From Candidatus Thorarchaeota archaeon (GTDB lineage: Archaea; Asgardarchaeota; Thorarchaeia; Thorarchaeales; Thorarchaeaceae), in the NCBI GenBank assembly GCA_029858305.1, contig JAOUFI010000078.1:1-10327 (forward strand): a stretch of DNA of 10,327 bases. Reading direction: 5' to 3'. Positions 6,792 through 10,327 of the stretch are shown here, one piece after another; within the stretch, counting starts at the first letter, position 1; each line of letters opens with the position of its first letter. The notes under the pieces are model-generated. The model saw nothing but the letters and a program-made list of their open reading frames with translations. It was not told the DNA's origin and did no database searches. Both the position numbers and the translations under genes were made by a program.

Positions 6792-7922
6792 ATGGTCTAC
6801 GATAAATCTATTGGTCTCGATGAATCGGATTTCGAAGAATCTGAATCATCACTGACACGTCGCAGAAAAATCGAGCATATTGAGATATGCCTTAGTGAGG
6901 ATGTACAATGTCGACGGTCAACAATGTTTGAAGACATTGATTTCATTCATAATGCATTGCCCGAGATTGACAAGAATAAGATTGATCTCTCAACCAATTT
7001 TTTTGGTCTTAGAGCCAGCGCTCCGCTTGTCATTGCGGGCATGACGGGAGGCCATCCTAGAACATTATCAATAAACGAAAGATTAGCTTCAGCTGCAGAG
7101 GAGCTCGGACTGCCAATAGGTGTAGGTAGTCAAAGAGCCGCTATTGAAGATGCATCCCTAGTTGACACTTTTAAAATTATCAGAGAGAAAGCCCCCTCCG
7201 TACCGGTAATTGCTAACATTGGAGCAACACATGTAGGTTTAGCCGCTGATGCTGTTTCTATGATTGAAGCAGACATTCTTGCAGTTCACCTAAATCCCTT
7301 GCAAGAAGCCATTCAACCTGAGGGTGACTGCAATTCTGAAGGTGTCATTGAGAGCATTGCTTCGATTGTCGATTCTGTTGATGTCCCTGTTATTGTGAAA
7401 GAAACAGGTGCAGGTATATCATCAGAAGTGGCTGTCAGTCTTGAAGAAATAGGAGTTGACGGTGTTGATGTCGGTGGTGTTGGCGGCACAAGTTGGGCTG
7501 GCGTGGAATATTTCCGCGCACTGAAGGATGATGATGAAGTGAAAGCTCAATTAGGAAGCGAATACTGGGATTGGGGCATCCCTACTGCCTTGAGCATCAT
7601 CATGGTTCTTGACTCTACTGAGCTTGATGTCATAGCAACAGGTGGAATCAGATCTGGTCTTGACATAGCGAAGTCATTGAGTCTAGGTGCCATCGCTGCA
7701 GGGGTCGCGTATCCGTTATTACGCCCTGCAACTTTTGGGTCTCGTCTTGATGTGATTGTAGAGCTTGAGCGAATGCTTGAAGGATTGAAAGTAGCAATGT
7801 ACCTAACAGGATGTTCGAAAGTGGCAGACTTCTCAACAAAGCAACTAATAATCAAAGGTCGGCTAGTTGAGGCTCTTCGTTCTCTCGATATCGACTACAA
7901 GAAAGTGGCAGGTGGTAACTAG
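6792..7922 (+). CDS. fni: Type 2 isopentenyl-diphosphate delta-isomerase (FMN-dependent IDI-2)
   Basis: Motifs RKIEHI, HNALPE, GMTGG, GVGSQRAA, ANIGA, HLNPLQE..QPEGD, KETGAG, GGTSW, DWGIPT and TGGIRSGLDIAK. GGAGGT at 6780-6785 precedes the ATG. Confidence 0.97.
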   Translation: MVYDKSIGLDESDFEESESSLTRRRKIEHIEICLSEDVQCRRSTMFEDIDFIHNALPEIDKNKIDLSTNFFGLRASAPLVIAGMTGGHPRTLSINERLASAAEELGLPIGVGSQRAAIEDASLVDTFKIIREKAPSVPVIANIGATHVGLAADAVSMIEADILAVHLNPLQEAIQPEGDCNSEGVIESIASIVDSVDVPVIVKETGAGISSEVAVSLEEIGVDGVDVGGVGGTSWAGVEYFRALKDDDEVKAQLGSEYWDWGIPTALSIIMVLDSTELDVIATGGIRSGLDIAKSLSLGAIAAGVAYPLLRPATFGSRLDVIVELERMLEGLKVAMYLTGCSKVADFSTKQLIIKGRLVEALRSLDIDYKKVAGGN

Positions 7923-9325
7923 CAGACACCAATTCTCTGCAGAAATTTCGTCCTCTGTCTAATACCGTTTAACATTTGCACAGCCTCCTCAATGGTATCT
8001 GCAACGGCAATCCCGTTTAGCTCAAAACCTCTGGTTATAACCTCATACTTGGCCAAGTCTGGTACATAGGCTACAACGGTTTTGGGATGTTGTTTGGAGA
8101 CATTAGCAACCCTCGCACCAATTTGCAAGGAGATACCAGGTGCATAGGGTAATAGAAGTAAGAGACCTGCATCGATTCTATCTATGGTAAGCATCTTGTC
8201 CAAGACCTTTTCATAGTCAATGTCTGAAGCACTACCTGTGAGGTCACATGGATTTCGAAATGACGCGATTCCTTGATATGCAGGTGTCATGACCTCCCGC
8301 ATCATTTGTTGTTCTTCTTCAGAAAAGGCTGGGAATTCGAGACCATAGCCTGATGCTTCATCACTTGCAATTACTCCATGTCCACCACTAACAGTAAGAG
8401 CTCCAATTCTATTGCTCTTCATATACTTGGGTGTGTAAGAGAAAATGTTGGCATATGCCATTACTTCATCTTCATCTTTTGCATGAATCACACCAAACTG
8501 TTTGAAAGCCGCTCCTGCAACCGCCTGATCTCCAGCTAAAGATGATGTATGACTCTGTGTTGCTCGGTGTCCAGCTTCTGACGCTCCGCCCTTGAGTACG
8601 ACGACAGGTTTCTTTGTAACAATCTTTTTACACGCTTTGACAAATTCAAGCCCTTCACCTTCTCCAAATCCTTCTATATAACATAAGATTACATTGACAT
8701 TGTTGTCACGACCGAAATACTCAATGAAATCAGTTACCTTTGTTTGAGCCTGATTACCAATAGAAATTGCGGCGGCTATTCCTACTCGTCTATCTGCGAA
8801 CTCCTCAAGTCTTTCTATAAGCCAACCACCACTCTGAGCAATGATTACCGCATGCCCTTTCCTTGGACGTGCAACACGCTCTGAGGGAAGGAAGAATGTA
8901 TCCAACATCTCTGGGACATAAACACCAATGCAGTTTGGGCCAACCATAGAGATGCCATATTGATTTGCTATATCTACGATTTCTTCCTGCAGTTTTGCCC
9001 CCTCATGTCCGATTTCACTGAAACCACCTGAAACGACGATTACTGCCTTTATTCGCTTTTGACCACATTCCTTCAAGACACCTGCGACATAATTAGCGGG
9101 CACAGAGATAACAACAAGATCAATATCATTTGGAGCCTCTGCAATCGATTTATAGGCCTCTACCCCTTCGACAAGCCCTCCTTTTGGATTGATTGGATAA
9201 GTTCTAAGTCCATTTTCGAATGCTAGTTTTCGAAAGATAACATTGCCTGGTGAAAATGGATTAGTTGTAGACACACCAACGACTGCAGCGACCTTTGGAT
9301 TCAACATTGTTCTTAGGCCAATCAT
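7919..9325 (-). CDS. acdA: ADP-forming acetate/acyl-CoA ligase, alpha subunit (CoA-binding plus ligase domains; AcdA family)
   Basis: CoA-binding Rossmann N-terminus (VAAVVGVS, YPINPK, SGGFSE, GPNCIG), QSG, SIGN, YIEG, KPVVVLKGG, phospho-histidine motif SHTSSLAG, SGG.G and NPCDLTG. At 468 aa there is no fused ATP-grasp beta domain. GAGGGAG lies upstream of the ATG. Substrate specificity cannot be determined here. Confidence 0.88.
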   Translation of the reverse strand: MIGLRTMLNPKVAAVVGVSTTNPFSPGNVIFRKLAFENGLRTYPINPKGGLVEGVEAYKSIAEAPNDIDLVVISVPANYVAGVLKECGQKRIKAVIVVSGGFSEIGHEGAKLQEEIVDIANQYGISMVGPNCIGVYVPEMLDTFFLPSERVARPRKGHAVIIAQSGGWLIERLEEFADRRVGIAAAISIGNQAQTKVTDFIEYFGRDNNVNVILCYIEGFGEGEGLEFVKACKKIVTKKPVVVLKGGASEAGHRATQSHTSSLAGDQAVAGAAFKQFGVIHAKDEDEVMAYANIFSYTPKYMKSNRIGALTVSGGHGVIASDEASGYGLEFPAFSEEEQQMMREVMTPAYQGIASFRNPCDLTGSASDIDYEKVLDKMLTIDRIDAGLLLLLPYAPGISLQIGARVANVSKQHPKTVVAYVPDLAKYEVITRGFELNGIAVADTIEEAVQMLNGIRQRTKFLQRIGVC

Positions 9326-9366
9326 AAATCTCCCTCATTGTACCTTAGTTGCATGGGCATTAATCC

Positions 9367-9374
9367 CTTATATG
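9367..9374 (-). promoter_or_regulatory. Possible TATA box for acdA
   Basis: Minus-strand CATATAAG about 41 nt upstream of the ATG, compatible with a short leader carrying the SD-like GAGGGAG. Confidence 0.3.
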
Positions 9375-9414
9375 AGCTGTGTCTTCTAACTGACGGAATT
9401 CACTATTTAGAAAC

Positions 9415-10326
9415 TTAGGGTTTCATTTGAGCCAATATCTCTTGTAGACGAGGTTCGGCAAGAATTGCGTGTTGAAGTTTGCACAGCATCTTCGTCACCT
9501 CAGCATAAATAATCTGTCTAGCTTCATCAGTAGTTGATTCTGCATTATGTAGAGCTTCCTCACACTCCTGATTTAATCTCTTGATCAAACGTTTTTCAAG
9601 TTCTGGTCCGCCCCACCCAAATCCGTCAAAAGCAGTTTGAGCCTCGAGTATTTTTTCTTTGACATTCACCTTACTCTCTTTCAGGACGCCTTCCACACCT
9701 GCAAAATACTTAGCTACAGCTCGTTCGATACGCTCCATCTCTGACCCACTTGTGTAACTCTCCTGCTGGCGGTTCTTCATCAGGTCCTGCAAAAGCCTCG
9801 CTCCCGGTGCCTCAGTCAAGAGGCCTTTTGTGATCTTCACCAAAATACGTGCTGGCAGTTCTATCGCATCGCCAATATAGGGCGAATCGGATCTATACTT
9901 GTGGACTTCTCTCAGAACCTCTAGCCAAAAGGTCGGAAGAAGCACATGGCATCGTTGACTATATTGCTGGATTAAACGTTGAGTCTGACCAATTAGACCA
10001 AACTGATCATCTTCAACATCGACCTTTCGATAAGGCTCAACAGTCTTGACAGGCTCTTCTCCAACTAGTGGAACAAGCTCAGTTTCAGGGCTTTGTGATT
10101 GAGCTAGTGTACCTGACTGTGCTTGGCCAGCTTCTTGACCAGAATCAAGAAGAGATAGTATCTCATGTGTTGGTGTTCTCTCTGCCTCTTTTGCTTTGTT
10201 AGAGAGTTTTGGTAAAAGGCTCTCTATCTGAGCTAATCGTTTAACTATGAGGCTCAAAATATTCTGAGTTGACGGTGGGACACCCTTCATTGTCGTGGCT
10301 TCTTCCATCCACTTTCTTGTTCTTAG
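9415..10326 (-). CDS. Hypothetical, predominantly alpha-helical protein; possibly 5'-truncated by the window edge
   Basis: 297-aa ORF from the ATG at 10308. The frame stays open upstream to the window end (codons LRTRKW before MEEA), so the true start may lie outside. Rich in E/Q/L/K with a low-complexity Q/S/E/P linker; no recognisable motif. Confidence 0.75.
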   Translation of the reverse strand, partial: LRTRKWMEEATTMKGVPPSTQNILSLIVKRLAQIESLLPKLSNKAKEAERTPTHEILSLLDSGQEAGQAQSGTLAQSQSPETELVPLVGEEPVKTVEPYRKVDVEDDQFGLIGQTQRLIQQYSQRCHVLLPTFWLEVLREVHKYRSDSPYIGDAIELPARILVKITKGLLTEAPGARLLQDLMKNRQQESYTSGSEMERIERAVAKYFAGVEGVLKESKVNVKEKILEAQTAFDGFGWGGPELEKRLIKRLNQECEEALHNAESTTDEARQIIYAEVTKMLCKLQHAILAEPRLQEILAQMKP

Positions 10327-10327
10327 T

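Noticed and set aside
6788-6805. Tiny out-of-frame ORF (ATG GAT GGT CTA CGA TAA) overlapping the fni start
   Set aside because: Its ATG is only 2 nt from the SD, whereas the fni ATG has a suitable 6-nt spacing. No evidence of regulatory use.
7547-7855. Minus-strand ORFs 7547-7855 and 7648-7839
   Set aside because: Antisense to the conserved C-terminal half of fni.
9849-10049. Plus-strand 66-aa ORF
   Set aside because: Antisense shadow of the 297-aa ORF, with no supporting signal.
1-10327. CRISPR arrays, IS elements, tRNA/rRNA genes, inteins, defence systems
   Set aside because: No repeat-spacer periodicity, transposase or integrase motifs, or cloverleaf structures were seen. Intergenic gaps are at most ~150 bp, and protein lengths match intein-free families.

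Overview
Gene-dense archaeal housekeeping region. The left 6 kb is a translationally coupled minus-strand de novo purine operon: purN, purF, purP, a purP-like paralogue, a purC-purS fusion, purQ, and purL (truncated by the window edge and missed by the ORF track). It is followed by a small uncharacterised membrane protein, a divergently transcribed type 2 IPP isomerase (fni), a convergent ADP-forming acyl-CoA synthetase alpha subunit, and an alpha-helical hypothetical ORF that may be 5'-truncated. Two PurP-family genes, IDI-2, a stand-alone AcdA and TATA-like promoters indicate an archaeon. An Asgard (Thorarchaeia-like) origin is my guess and cannot be proven from the sequence. No mobile elements, CRISPR arrays or RNA genes were seen. 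The most notable features are (1) an in-frame PurC-PurS fusion that would tether SAICAR synthetase to the PurSQL FGAM synthetase complex, (2) a 61-nt three-stem hairpin abutting the Shine-Dalgarno site of the second purP, and (3) folate-dependent PurN alongside two formate/ATP-type PurP proteins in one operon.
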